From assembly GCA_041664165.1 (NCBI GenBank), contig JBAYLH010000007.1, positions 1 through 59,894 on the forward strand: a stretch of DNA of 59,894 nucleotides. Direction: 5' to 3'. The notes beneath the pieces were generated by a model, which was given only the letters and a program-made list of their open reading frames with translations, searched no databases and had not been told where the DNA came from. Origin of the DNA: Candidatus Buchananbacteria bacterium. GTDB taxonomy: Bacteria > Patescibacteriota > Patescibacteriia > Buchananbacterales > UBA6539. Positions 9,966-20,245 of this stretch are shown here, in pieces; the first letter of the stretch is position 1, and each line of letters starts with the position of its first letter. The translations under genes and the position numbers were made by a program.

Positions 9966-11186
9966 TCAAGGCTTAGTCGAGGTGGAATTTTTATTGTAAT
10001 TATTTAAAGTCTGGCCGACCAGCTGAAGCAATTCGTCGTCGGAAACTTTGTCCAAAGTCGCTTTGGCCACTCCGGCCTGGCTCAGCAAATCGCGCAGCTG
10101 CGCCGGGCTTAAATTTTGGAGATTACTAGGGGTTAAAGAAATAGTTTTTGGCGCCGGCTGAGTTGCCGTCTGACCAACCGACGATTGAGTTGTCGACAAA
10201 GTTTCTTTGGCAAAATTTAATAATTCACTGTCCGTGATATTATCCAAAATGTCCTTTGTCATCCCGGCCTTGGTCAAAAGATCACGCAGCTGCTGGGGAG
10301 TTAAATTCTGCAATTGCTGAGGAGTCAAAGAAACGCTGCTTGGCGCGGTTGAATTCGCCGCGGGCTGGCTGGCGGCTAAAGTTTCCTGGGCTAAACTCAA
10401 TAATTGCTCATCAGTTACGCTGTCTAAAATGTCATTTGTCATCCCGGCCTTGGTCAAAAGATCACGCAGCTGCTGCGGAGTTAAATTCTGCAATTGCTGA
10501 GCCGTGCTGGCCGAAGATGCCGCACCGGACGAACCGGTCCCGCCGCCCATTTCCGCCATGACTTCCTGGTAGGCCTGAAGCAGTTCCGCATCGCTTAAAT
10601 TGGCCAAATCTTGCGCCGACATGCCGCCTTGAGCTAACGCACTGCGCAAACTGTCAATTTGGATTTGATCGGCGGAAATAAAATTATCCGGTGCCGCTGC
10701 TCCTGACTGGCTGGCGGCGGAATTACCGGCCAAACTGCTCCAGGAAGCGAAGCAATTCTGGCCTTCCGGGCAATTAGGATCGGTTTGTCGGACAACTTCC
10801 GTTTTATCTTCAACGCCATCGGAGTCGGAATCTTTCAAATATGGACTGGTATTGTAAACGTAAAGCTCATCGTAATCAGAAAGGCCGTCGGAATCAGTAT
10901 CTTTTTCCTTTAAACCAAGCAAATCCGGAGCCTCGTCGGCCGAAGCTAAATTCTGGCCAGTCGCCGGCAAAAAACTCTTGACAATCCGATGGCGAAACTG
11001 GGAAAAACCGAAAATCAGGCCGATTAAACCAAAAAAAAGAATGGCGACGGCAAGCAATTGATCAACCTTTTTAGGGTCTTTGAAATATTCCTTAACTGAT
11101 TTTTTCCCTTGAGATTTTTGGGCATCTTTTTGATAAATCTCTTTTAAAATAGTAAGGTTTTCAATTTTTCTGCCAGCTTGAGCCAT
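9966..11186 (-). CDS. Membrane-anchored protein with thrombospondin type 3-like Ca-binding motifs and internal helical repeats
   Basis: One TM helix (LLAVAILFFGLIGLIFGF); DTDSDGLSDYDE and DSDSDGVEDKTE motifs; repeated QLQNLTPQQLRDLLTKAGMT units; ends 6 nt before the giant gene start. Confidence 0.75.
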   Translation of the reverse strand: MAQAGRKIENLTILKEIYQKDAQKSQGKKSVKEYFKDPKKVDQLLAVAILFFGLIGLIFGFSQFRHRIVKSFLPATGQNLASADEAPDLLGLKEKDTDSDGLSDYDELYVYNTSPYLKDSDSDGVEDKTEVVRQTDPNCPEGQNCFASWSSLAGNSAASQSGAAAPDNFISADQIQIDSLRSALAQGGMSAQDLANLSDAELLQAYQEVMAEMGGGTGSSGAASSASTAQQLQNLTPQQLRDLLTKAGMTNDILDSVTDEQLLSLAQETLAASQPAANSTAPSSVSLTPQQLQNLTPQQLRDLLTKAGMTKDILDNITDSELLNFAKETLSTTQSSVGQTATQPAPKTISLTPSNLQNLSPAQLRDLLSQAGVAKATLDKVSDDELLQLVGQTLNNYNKNSTSTKP

Positions 11187-11294
11187 TTTTCTTTATGACG
11201 TTAAAAGTAATGGTAAAACCCATCTGATTTGTTTAGATTAACTTGTCTATATTATAGCAGAAAAATCCAGCAGCAAGCAAGGGAGTTCAACGCT

Positions 11295-12155
11295 TTAATT
11301 AAGATAATTATTTAACTCTTTGGCAAGTTTGAGCCAATCGGCAACCGACAATTCTTGAGCCCGAATTTTTGGATTAAAATTGGCTTCATTGAGCATTTTT
11401 TTTAAATCATCGGATGAAATTTTAAAACCGGCGGCTAAATTATTTTGCAGCTGCTTTCTTTTGGCGGCAAAACCAATTTTAGCCATTTGCCAAAAAAACT
11501 TCTCAGTTATCCCCTCTAAAAACTTATCCACTTGCGGCTGATTTTTAATTTTAGAAATTCGCAAGATCGCCGAATCAACTTTCGGTACCGGCCAAAAATT
11601 ATTTCGGCCGACAATTTCGATAATTTCAGGATCGCCGTAAAGCTGCGCCGAAACCGAAAGCAAGCTCATCTGGCCGGGCTTGGCGCAAATTCTTTCGGCG
11701 ACTTCTTTTTGAACCAACAGCGTCATGGTCGCCGGCCGCTCTCGTCTGGTTAAAAAATTCTTCAAAAAGTGGGAAGTAATGTTGTAGGGCAGGTTGGCAA
11801 CGATCTTGTAGCTTATAGATTTTAGGTTATAGGTTTCTGGGTTGAATTTTAAAATATCTTCATTAATTAATTCCAAATTGCTGGCACCGGCAAATTTTGC
11901 CTTTAAAAACCCAAAAAGCTTGGCATCTAGCTCAACGCTGATAACTTTTTTAACTTTTTTGACCAAAGCCTCGGTTAAAATTCCTAGCCCCGGCCCGACT
12001 TCTAAAACCGTATCGGTCGGCAAAAGCTCCGCCCTGGTAATAATTTGATTCAAAACTTTTTGGTTAATTAAAAAATTCTGACCTTTACTTCGCGCCGGCC
12101 AAAGATCATAAGCCTGGCAGATTTTTTTTATTTGATCAACAATTGGTTGCGGCAT
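11295..12155 (-). CDS. rsmA: 16S rRNA (adenine-N6,N6)-dimethyltransferase
   Basis: GQNFL, VLEVGPGLGILT, VANLPYNIT and PVPKVDSAIL motifs. Confidence 0.97.
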   Translation of the reverse strand: MPQPIVDQIKKICQAYDLWPARSKGQNFLINQKVLNQIITRAELLPTDTVLEVGPGLGILTEALVKKVKKVISVELDAKLFGFLKAKFAGASNLELINEDILKFNPETYNLKSISYKIVANLPYNITSHFLKNFLTRRERPATMTLLVQKEVAERICAKPGQMSLLSVSAQLYGDPEIIEIVGRNNFWPVPKVDSAILRISKIKNQPQVDKFLEGITEKFFWQMAKIGFAAKRKQLQNNLAAGFKISSDDLKKMLNEANFNPKIRAQELSVADWLKLAKELNNYLN

Positions 12156-12179
12156 AAAACTTAAAGTTAAAACTAATTT

Positions 12180-12306
12180 CCTCCCCCTCGCCCACTAAGT
12201 TAAGACGTGATCCCTCTCCCTCAATGGAGAGGGGAAAAAGCAAGACTTATTTCTAAGTTTCCCTCCACCCGCGGGGGAGGGACAAAGGGAGAGGGGCGAA
12301 GGGAGG
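12180..12306. repeat. REP-like palindromic cluster (CCCCTC/CCCTCTCCC...GGGAGAGGGG)
   Basis: Nested inverted repeats ccctctccctcaatggagagggg and ccctccacccgcgggggaggg; similar element at 57058-57117. Confidence 0.55.
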
Positions 12307-12352
12307 AATACTCAGAAAAGCTTATTTTCTTATTCTATGTTATAATAATCCT

Positions 12353-12796
12353 ATGATTTATCTTGAAGGGCTAATGCACCGAAAAATCAATCTCTGGCTG
12401 GCTTTATTGATAATTGCCATTATCGCCGCTATTTTTGCTTTGGTAATTTCAGCCAAAGCTTTTACTCTTGGCCAACCCGTGGCAATTCAGGTTTTGAGCA
12501 TGCCGGTAAAATGCGTGCCCGATCCGGATTTGGTAACCTGTCTGGCCAGCTGCCCGGTTTGCGGCAGTTTACCCAGTTGCAGCGCCGTATGGGAAGTTAA
12601 AGCCAGATACTTAAGCGGCTCGCGGCTGGTTTTGAGAAAAGGCCCCGGCGGCGAAGCTTTGTGCCTTACCTCGCCAATTTTATTTCCCCCGCCAATGAAA
12701 CCGGGATCATTCAAACCGATGGGCAAATGTCTGGGCTTAGTCCAAAAAACCCCGGCTGGCATTCATGTTTTACTTGTTTTCGCCTGCCGGCCATAA
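12353..12796 (+). CDS. Hypothetical exported Cys-rich protein
   Basis: Signal/TM segment (LWLALLIIAIIAAIFALVI), 8 Cys; AT-rich promoter-like TATAAT upstream; short convergent overlap with tsaC. Confidence 0.55.
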   Translation: MIYLEGLMHRKINLWLALLIIAIIAAIFALVISAKAFTLGQPVAIQVLSMPVKCVPDPDLVTCLASCPVCGSLPSCSAVWEVKARYLSGSRLVLRKGPGGEALCLTSPILFPPPMKPGSFKPMGKCLGLVQKTPAGIHVLLVFACRP

Positions 12797-13354
12797 TGAT
12801 TTAATTTTAATTTCCCCGGCTCGTAAAATTTCAATTTTATTTTTAGTTATCTTAACCACGGTTGAAACTTTCCTTTTAGCTAATTGGCCAGCATCGATAA
12901 TCAAATCCGGCTGGTTTTTTTGGTTGGCAAATTGTTTAATCGCTTCGGAAACCCGGTAAGGCGTTTTGCCGCCGGCTAAATTGGCCGAAGTCGCAATTAT
13001 CGGCCGGCCGGCCAGTTTAGCTAATTTCAAAGCCACCAAATTTTTCGGCACCCGAACGGCAAAGCGCCGGGAAATAACCAGCGACAGCGGGCCGGGCCAG
13101 CACTCCTTGGCTAATTTCTTTTGATTTTGATTCAATTTGAAAAATTTCCGAACCTGGCTTAAATCAGCCGCAATCAAAGTAAACTTATCATCTTTTCTTT
13201 TTTTGATTTTTAAAATTTTGGCATTAACTTTTTTAAAATTAAAAATACCGCCCAAAGCATAAGCCGTATCGGTCGGGTAAACTATTACTCCACCTTTTTT
13301 TATAACTCTAACCGCTTGCAAAATTCCCGCTTGAGTTGGTTTAACAATTATCAT
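12770..13354 (-). CDS. tsaC: L-threonylcarbamoyladenylate synthase (Sua5/YrdC family)
   Basis: VIVYPTDTAYALG, WPGPLSLV, PIIATSAN and STVV motifs. Confidence 0.93.
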   Translation of the reverse strand: MIIVKPTQAGILQAVRVIKKGGVIVYPTDTAYALGGIFNFKKVNAKILKIKKRKDDKFTLIAADLSQVRKFFKLNQNQKKLAKECWPGPLSLVISRRFAVRVPKNLVALKLAKLAGRPIIATSANLAGGKTPYRVSEAIKQFANQKNQPDLIIDAGQLAKRKVSTVVKITKNKIEILRAGEIKIKSLWPAGENK

Positions 13355-13369
13355 TGAAGTAATTAGGAA

Positions 13370-14401
13370 TCAGCCTCTTATCTGCTTCACGAATTTATAA
13401 ATTGAAAAAATTACCGGGTTAGTAACCAAATCAAAGCTGCCGACGTATTCTTTGGGCGCCGTTGACTGGGAAAAACTGGTTTTAAACCGCGTAATCCCTT
13501 GCCACTTGGCATTGTTGTAAGTTTGGCCGTTAACGCCGCCGAAATCATAAAAAGAACAGCCCTGCTTTTTTGCCGCGCTAATTGCTTCCCATTGCAAAAG
13601 GTACGGTGCCATGACTTCGCGGTATAAATCCGAAGAAGCGCCATGAAGATAAGTGCAATATTTGCCGAAAAAAGACACGATGTTAGCGGCAATTACTTTG
13701 TTGTCATATTCGGCAATAAATAATTTAACCAAATTTTCCGCCGCCAAAACCTCGAACATTTTTTTATAGTGTTCTTTGGTGTGGGGCTGAAAGCCATCGC
13801 GGCTTGAAGTCTGTTTGATTAATTGCCAAAAACTTTCAATGTCGGAAATTTCCGTGCTAATTCTAATATTAACTTTGTGCCGCTGAGCTAAGCCGATATT
13901 GTACCGGGTTTTCGGTTTCATGTCGACCAACAATTGATCCTCACTTTTGGCTAAATCGATAATGGCATTGCACTTCGGCTGAATTTCATATTCGCCTTTT
14001 CGGAAGCCAACGTCAGTTAAGCGCTTTTCATGACCCAAAATCCAGGGCGGGTCAACCCGGATTAAAAAACTTTTTTCCTCCCGGGCGATTTTTTTAATTT
14101 CGGCAAACAGCGAATCCAAATCATCAATTTTCAAAACATTAATTACCGGCCCGCGCGGACAGTAAAGATAATTATATTCAAAAGGCAAATCGTGTTTAAT
14201 TAACAAAGCCGCAGCCTGGAGCTGGCCTTCGTCGTCAATAACCCCGAGCCGGATGATATGATTATCCAAGGCTTTTTGAAAATCGCCCCAAAGCCAAGAC
14301 TGCAGCAGACCGCCGTCAGTGGCGTTGGTTTTAATGAAGCTATCCCAATGCTGTTTTAATTCATCGCCAACTTGGACTATCTGCATAAAACTAAATGACA
14401 A
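13370..14401 (-). CDS. FemAB/FemX-family peptidoglycan bridge aminoacyltransferase
   Basis: LLQSWLWGDF, YLYCPRGP, KTRYNIGLA, YLHGAS, YDFGG and GITRFKTSF motifs. Confidence 0.9.
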   Translation of the reverse strand: MSFSFMQIVQVGDELKQHWDSFIKTNATDGGLLQSWLWGDFQKALDNHIIRLGVIDDEGQLQAAALLIKHDLPFEYNYLYCPRGPVINVLKIDDLDSLFAEIKKIAREEKSFLIRVDPPWILGHEKRLTDVGFRKGEYEIQPKCNAIIDLAKSEDQLLVDMKPKTRYNIGLAQRHKVNIRISTEISDIESFWQLIKQTSSRDGFQPHTKEHYKKMFEVLAAENLVKLFIAEYDNKVIAANIVSFFGKYCTYLHGASSDLYREVMAPYLLQWEAISAAKKQGCSFYDFGGVNGQTYNNAKWQGITRFKTSFSQSTAPKEYVGSFDLVTNPVIFSIYKFVKQIRG

Positions 14402-16961
14402 AATTAATTAATTTCCCCGGCACAAAAACGATATTTTTCACCGTCTGGCCGTCTAAATACTTTTTAATTTTTTCGCTTTGACGGGCAACGATTTCGGCCT
14501 GCTGCTCGGTAATATCGGATCTTACTTTCACTTTATCGCGAAATTTGCCGTTGATTTGGATAATTAGTTCGAATTCTTCGGCTTTGGCTAAATTCTCATC
14601 AGCTTTCGGCCAGGCCGCTTTAAAAATCGACTTTTTATTGCCGAGTTTTTCCCAAAGCTCCTCGACTAAATGCGGGGCAAACGGCGCCAAAAGCTTTAAA
14701 AAATTTTCTAAAGCGGCTAAATCAACCTGATATTCCCCTTTCATCTCTTCCAGCCTTGGCCGCCAATCCGGTCGGCTGTCTATGCCATTAAACTGGATCA
14801 TTAAAGCGGAAACCGCCGTATTGTAATTTTGCGTTTCAATATCTTCGGAAACTTTTTTGATAGTCCTATGAATTAGCCTCGATTTTTCCGATCTCTGATT
14901 TCCGATCTCTGATTTTTTTAAATCATCGGCAATCTTTGAAACTACCATATAAACTCTATCTAAAAATCTCCTTACCCCAACTACCCCTTTGGTATCCCAG
15001 GGAATCGCCTGGTCAAACGGCCCCATAAACATTTCATAAACCCGAAAAGTATCAGCGCCGAATTTTTTTACGACTTCATCGGGATTGACCACGTTGCCTT
15101 TGGATTTCGACATTTTTTCGCCGCCCTCGCCTAAAATTAAACCGTGCGATGTCCGTTTTTTGTAAGGCTCCGACCCGCAGCTTTTCGGTACGGCGCCGAT
15201 ATCATACAAAAATTTATAAACAAAGCGGGAATAAAGCAGATGTAAAGTAGTATGCTCCATGCCGCCGTTATACCAGTCAACCGGAATAAAGTGGGCTAAT
15301 TTTTTTTCCGCGGCCAAGGCTTTATCATTTTTCGGGTCAACGTAACGCAAGAAATACCAGTTAGAGCCTGCCCAGTTTGGCATGGTATCGGTTTCGCGCC
15401 GAGCCGAGCCGCCGCAAACCGGGCATTTGGTATTGACCCAGTCGGTAATTACCGAAAGCGGCGATTCGCCGTTATCGGTCGGCTCATACTTTTTCACATC
15501 CGGCAATTTGACCGGCAAATTTTTTTCCGGCACCCTCACCCAGCCGCTCGCCTCGCCAGTTAGCGGGTCTTTGACCGCTCCGGTTTTCTTACAATTTTCA
15601 CAATAAACCATGGGAATCGGTTCGCCCCAGTATCTTTGGCGCGAAAAAACCCAGTCGCGAAGTTTATAATTAACGGCTTTTTTGCCTAACCCCTGCTTAA
15701 CCAGCCATAAAGTAATTTCAGCAATCGCTGCTTTAACCGGCAAATCATTAAACTGACCGGAGTTGACTAATTTGCCCTCGGCAATTTCTTCATAAGCTTT
15801 CTCTTTGATATTGCCGCCGGCGATTACTTCAACAACCGGCAAGCCGTACTTCTGGGCGAAATCCCAGTCGCGCTGGTCATGGGCCGGCACCGCCATAATC
15901 GCGCCGGTACCGTAAGAAGTCAAAACGTAATCAGCGACAAAGATTGGAATTTCTTTCTGAGTCGCCGGATTAACCGCTTTAAGGCCCTTCAATTCAACGC
16001 CGGTTTTTTCCTTATTTAATTCCGTCCGTTCCAAATCGGACTTACTTTTAGCCTGCCTTATATAATCTTCGACTTCTTCCTGATTTCTGATTTCTGATTT
16101 CTGCCTGCCCGCCGAAGCATTTGCGAAGGCGGGATTTCTTAAAAGTTCATGCTCTGGCGAAATTACCATAAAAGTCGCGCCGAACAAAGTATCCGGCCGG
16201 GTGGTAAAAACCTTCAAACTTGTCACTTGTCTCTTGTTACTTGTCACTACGACAAAATCAATCTCCGCGCCTTCACTTCTGCCGATCCAATTAATCTGCT
16301 GCTGCTTAATCCGGTCTAAATAATCAACAGTTTCCAAATCTTCAATCAGCCGGTCGGCGTAATTGGTAATTTTGAGCATCCACTGTTCCTTTTCCCGTTT
16401 TTCCACTTCACCGCCGCAGCGCTCGCATTTGCCGCTGACCACTTCTTCGTTGGCTAAACCGATCTTACAAGATAAGCACCAGTTGATTGGAATTTTAGCC
16501 TTATAAGCTAAGCCATGCTCATACATTTTTAAAAATATCCATTGCGTCCATTTGTAATACTTCGGGTCAGTCGTGGTTATAACCCGGTCCCAGTCAAAAG
16601 AAAAACCAAGCGCTTTGAGCTGGGTAGTAAAAGTTTTGATATTTTTTTCCGTGGTAATAGCCGGATGAATGCCGGTTTTAATGGCGTAATTTTCCGACGG
16701 CAGGCCGAAAGCGTCAAAACCGATCGGATACAAAACATTATAGCCTTCCATCCGGCGTTTTCGCGCTAAAATATCCAAAGCGGTATTGCTGCGCGGATGG
16801 CCGACATGCAGACCTTCGCCGGAAGGATAAGGAAATTCAATTAAACAATAATACTTCGGTTTGGCGGATTTATCAGCAGCGGCAAAAGCCTTGGTTTTCT
16901 CCCAAACCTTCTGCCATCTAGACTCACCTTTTTTGTCTAAAAAATTTTTATATGTTGACAT
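14391..16961 (-). CDS. leuS: Leucine--tRNA ligase, with several short in-frame insertions
   Basis: FPYPSGEGLHVGH, KMSKS, DTMPNWAGS and GGMEHTTLHLLYSRF motifs; ATG at 16961 chosen over TTG at 16970. Confidence 0.98.
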   Translation of the reverse strand: MSTYKNFLDKKGESRWQKVWEKTKAFAAADKSAKPKYYCLIEFPYPSGEGLHVGHPRSNTALDILARKRRMEGYNVLYPIGFDAFGLPSENYAIKTGIHPAITTEKNIKTFTTQLKALGFSFDWDRVITTTDPKYYKWTQWIFLKMYEHGLAYKAKIPINWCLSCKIGLANEEVVSGKCERCGGEVEKREKEQWMLKITNYADRLIEDLETVDYLDRIKQQQINWIGRSEGAEIDFVVVTSNKRQVTSLKVFTTRPDTLFGATFMVISPEHELLRNPAFANASAGRQKSEIRNQEEVEDYIRQAKSKSDLERTELNKEKTGVELKGLKAVNPATQKEIPIFVADYVLTSYGTGAIMAVPAHDQRDWDFAQKYGLPVVEVIAGGNIKEKAYEEIAEGKLVNSGQFNDLPVKAAIAEITLWLVKQGLGKKAVNYKLRDWVFSRQRYWGEPIPMVYCENCKKTGAVKDPLTGEASGWVRVPEKNLPVKLPDVKKYEPTDNGESPLSVITDWVNTKCPVCGGSARRETDTMPNWAGSNWYFLRYVDPKNDKALAAEKKLAHFIPVDWYNGGMEHTTLHLLYSRFVYKFLYDIGAVPKSCGSEPYKKRTSHGLILGEGGEKMSKSKGNVVNPDEVVKKFGADTFRVYEMFMGPFDQAIPWDTKGVVGVRRFLDRVYMVVSKIADDLKKSEIGNQRSEKSRLIHRTIKKVSEDIETQNYNTAVSALMIQFNGIDSRPDWRPRLEEMKGEYQVDLAALENFLKLLAPFAPHLVEELWEKLGNKKSIFKAAWPKADENLAKAEEFELIIQINGKFRDKVKVRSDITEQQAEIVARQSEKIKKYLDGQTVKNIVFVPGKLINFVI

Positions 16962-16989
16962 AATTAACAATTACTTTATAACTCTGCTC

Positions 16990-17058
16990 ACCTTGCTAGG
17001 CGAGCCAAAGCGGGTTTGCCTCGCCGAAGCCCCGATTTATCGGGACGGAGGCGGGCCA
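16990..17058. repeat. Single copy of the GCGAG..AAGCGGG..CGCCTCG palindromic repeat family plus small hairpin
   Basis: gcgagccaaagcgggtttgcctcgccgaagc resembles the array unit seen at 21430, 48440, 51470 and 59760. Confidence 0.5.
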
Positions 17059-17160
17059 TTTTGATTCAACTTTTTTTGGATCGTATTTCGTCATATTAAT
17101 AATGAATATAAATTACCATAAAATCAGGCTTTTTTCAAGTTAAAATTAATTTCTCTAAAC

Positions 17161-17186
17161 TAAAACCGAGGATCCATACCTCGGCT
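17161..17186 (-). terminator. Probable intrinsic terminator after uvrA
   Basis: CCGAGG-atccata-CCTCGG hairpin with A-run on the + strand (U-tail on the - strand). Confidence 0.5.
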
Positions 17187-17229
17187 TAATTTTTTTGATT
17201 GTAGCTTCCTACTTCCTACCAGCTACTTC

Positions 17230-20064
17230 CTATTGCAACACTTCTTTCAAATATTTTCCCGTATAAGATTTAACCGCTTTGGCGATGTCTTTTGGTATGC
17301 CCTGAGCAACCAAATAACCGCCTTTGACGCCGCCTTCCGGCCCCAAATCAATCACCCAGTCAGCACATTTAATCACGTCTAAATTATGTTCGATAATCAA
17401 AACGGTATTGCCCTTATCGACTAATTTATTCAAAACGATCAAAAGCTGCTTGATATCTTCAAAATGCAAGCCGGTCGTCGGCTCATCCAAAATATACAAA
17501 GTTTTACCGGTTGACCGCCGGGAAAGTTCCGTGGCTAATTTCACCCGCTGGGCTTCGCCGCCGGAAAGCGTCGTGGCCGGCTGACCCAGTTTGACGTAGC
17601 CCAAGCCGACTTCGAATAAAGTTTTCAATTTGTTATAAATAATCGGCTGCTGGCGGAAAAACCGCAGCGCCTCTTCGACTGACATATCTAAAATCGCGGC
17701 AATATTTTTACCTTGGTAATGGACTTCCAGCGATTCCGCCTTATAGCGCTGGCCGTGGCACTCTTCGCACTGGACATAAACATCCGGCAAAAACTGCATT
17801 TCAATTTTGACCAAGCCCTCGCCGGCGCAGTTTTCACAGCGGCCAGCCTTAGAATTGAAACTGAATTTGCCGGCTTTATAGCCCCGGATTTTGGCTTCCT
17901 GGGTCTGGGTAAATAAATCACGGATATAGGTAAAAACGCCGGTATAAGTTGCCGGGTTGCTTCGGGGCGTCCGGCCGATCGGCGACTGATCAATGGCAAT
18001 GACTTTATCGATATTTTCAATGCCTTTAATTTCCTTGTGCTTGCCCGGCAAATCTTTGGCTCGATAAAACTTTTTGGCTAAAGCTTTAACTAAAATCTCC
18101 AGCATCAAAGTTGATTTTCCCGAACCGGAAACGCCGGTTAAACAGATAAATTTGCCTAAAGGAATTTTGACATCCAAATTTTTCAAGTTAAATTCCTCAG
18201 CCCCAATAATTTCCAAAAATTTGCCGCTGCCTTTACGATAAGTTTTCGGCACGGAAATTTTCAGGCTGCCGGAAAGATAGCGGCCGGTTAAAGAATTTTT
18301 ATTTTTTTTAATTTCCGCCGGCGACCCTTGAGCCACCACTTTGCCGCCAGTTTCGCCCGCGCCCGGCCCGATATCGATAATTTCATCCGCCGCTTCCATA
18401 GTCATTTCGTCGTGTTCGACCACGATAACCGTATTACCCAAATCGCGGAGGTGTTTTAGCGTGTCAATTAGCCGCTGATTGTCTTTTTGGTGCAAGCCGA
18501 TTGACGGTTCGTCTAAAATATAAACCACGCCGGTCAAAGATAATCCCAGCTGCGTCGCCAGCCGGATTCTTTGGGCTTCGCCGCCAGACAATGTTGCTGA
18601 CGGCCGATCCAAAGTCAGGTAATTCAAGCCGACATTATTCAAATACTGCAAATGGCTGACGATTTCCTTGATGGCCTGGTCGGCAATTTTATGCTCCCGG
18701 CCGGTCAAATTGTTTTTTTCCGCCTTGCCAATTAATATTTTTTTAAATAAATCCAAGCTGGTTTCAATGGTTTTGGCGGTAATTTCGGAAACATTAAAAC
18801 CGCCGACGGTAACGGCCAAAAAAACCGGCTTTAACCTTTTGCCCTGGCAATAAGGGCAGACTGACACCCGCATATACTGCTCGATTTCCTGCCGCAAATA
18901 ATCCGAGGCCGTCTCTTGGTATTTTTCCTGCAATAATTCCAGGACTCCCGGGAAAGCGACTTTACCGGTACCAGCATTATATTCCTTGCCGCCGGTGCCA
19001 TGAAAAATTATCTCGACGGCTTTTTTTGATAAATCCAAAATCGGAACGTTAAGGGAAAAATTATTTTCTTTAGCCACCGCTTCTAAAAGTTTCCAATAGC
19101 TGCTTTGGTTGGAAAAATTGCGCGCCCAGGGCTTAATCGCCCCTTCGGCCAAAGTCAGGCGTTTATTGGGAATGACTAAATCCGGATCAACTTCCAGGCG
19201 AGTGCCTAAACCCAGACATTTTGGACAAGCGCCGGCCGGACTGTTAAAAGAAAAATTGCGCGGCTCCAAATTAGGCAAATTGACGCCGCAATCCGGACAA
19301 AAATAATGCTGGGAATAAAATCTTTCCTGGCCGTCGATATTAACAATCACTTGCCCGTTAGCCAAATCCAGAGCCAGCTCAATAAACCGGTAAAATTCTT
19401 CTTTAAACAATTCTTTTTCTTCGGCCGCATATTTCAATTCGCCGACAATAATCTGAATTTCAAATTTGTCTTGGTTGATTAATTCGCTAGCGGCTTCCAA
19501 ATCCTTAATTTTACCGTCAACTCTGACTTGTTTAAAACCGGATTTTTTGATTTCCTGCAATTTTTTCTGCTGATTTTCTTTTTGGTCGATGACAACCGGC
19601 GCTAAAACCAAAAGCTTTGAGCCGGCTTTAATGGCCACCAAAACTTCGGCATTGATCTGTCCGGAAGATTGCTGAAAAAGTTCTTTACCACAAACCGGAC
19701 AATGGACATGGCCGATCCGGGAAAAGACTAGCCGCAAGTAATCATAAATTTCCGTGATGGTGCCGACGGTTGACCGCGGATTAGCCGAAGAGGATCGCTG
19801 GTCAATGGAAATTGCCGGCGATAAGCCTTCAATTGAATCCACGTCCGGCTTGTCCATTAAACCTAAAAATTGCCGGGCATAAGTTGAAAGTGATTCAACG
19901 TAGCGCCGCTGGCCTTCGGCATAAATAGTATCAAAAGCGAGAGAAGATTTGCCCGATCCGGAAATACCTGTCAGGACGACTAATTTTTCCCGCGGGATCT
20001 CGACGTTGATATTTTTCAAATTATGCACTCGAGCGCCCCGAATTTTGATAAATTTGTAGGACAT
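17230..20064 (-). CDS. uvrA: Excinuclease ABC subunit A
   Basis: Two Walker A motifs ([18 protein letters not shown]), LSGGEAQR signatures, Zn-finger CxxC pairs. Confidence 0.99.
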   Translation of the reverse strand: MSYKFIKIRGARVHNLKNINVEIPREKLVVLTGISGSGKSSLAFDTIYAEGQRRYVESLSTYARQFLGLMDKPDVDSIEGLSPAISIDQRSSSANPRSTVGTITEIYDYLRLVFSRIGHVHCPVCGKELFQQSSGQINAEVLVAIKAGSKLLVLAPVVIDQKENQQKKLQEIKKSGFKQVRVDGKIKDLEAASELINQDKFEIQIIVGELKYAAEEKELFKEEFYRFIELALDLANGQVIVNIDGQERFYSQHYFCPDCGVNLPNLEPRNFSFNSPAGACPKCLGLGTRLEVDPDLVIPNKRLTLAEGAIKPWARNFSNQSSYWKLLEAVAKENNFSLNVPILDLSKKAVEIIFHGTGGKEYNAGTGKVAFPGVLELLQEKYQETASDYLRQEIEQYMRVSVCPYCQGKRLKPVFLAVTVGGFNVSEITAKTIETSLDLFKKILIGKAEKNNLTGREHKIADQAIKEIVSHLQYLNNVGLNYLTLDRPSATLSGGEAQRIRLATQLGLSLTGVVYILDEPSIGLHQKDNQRLIDTLKHLRDLGNTVIVVEHDEMTMEAADEIIDIGPGAGETGGKVVAQGSPAEIKKNKNSLTGRYLSGSLKISVPKTYRKGSGKFLEIIGAEEFNLKNLDVKIPLGKFICLTGVSGSGKSTLMLEILVKALAKKFYRAKDLPGKHKEIKGIENIDKVIAIDQSPIGRTPRSNPATYTGVFTYIRDLFTQTQEAKIRGYKAGKFSFNSKAGRCENCAGEGLVKIEMQFLPDVYVQCEECHGQRYKAESLEVHYQGKNIAAILDMSVEEALRFFRQQPIIYNKLKTLFEVGLGYVKLGQPATTLSGGEAQRVKLATELSRRSTGKTLYILDEPTTGLHFEDIKQLLIVLNKLVDKGNTVLIIEHNLDVIKCADWVIDLGPEGGVKGGYLVAQGIPKDIAKAVKSYTGKYLKEVLQ

Positions 20065-20175
20065 AGATAAAATGGTGACCCCGCTTTAGTGGGCTTTTAT
20101 GGCCGACTAAAGTCGGGTACCTATTAAATTAAATTTATACATAAAAACAGGTGCATTTACTAAAACTAAATATAA

Positions 20176-20204
20176 ATGATACACCTGTTTTACTTCTATG
20201 TCAA
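20176..20204 (-). promoter_or_regulatory. Sigma70-like promoter of uvrA
   Basis: TTGACA-17 nt-TATCAT on the - strand. Confidence 0.65.
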
Positions 20205-20245
20205 ATGTTGTTTAACAATATTTTAAATAACCAAAAACCAGCCAA

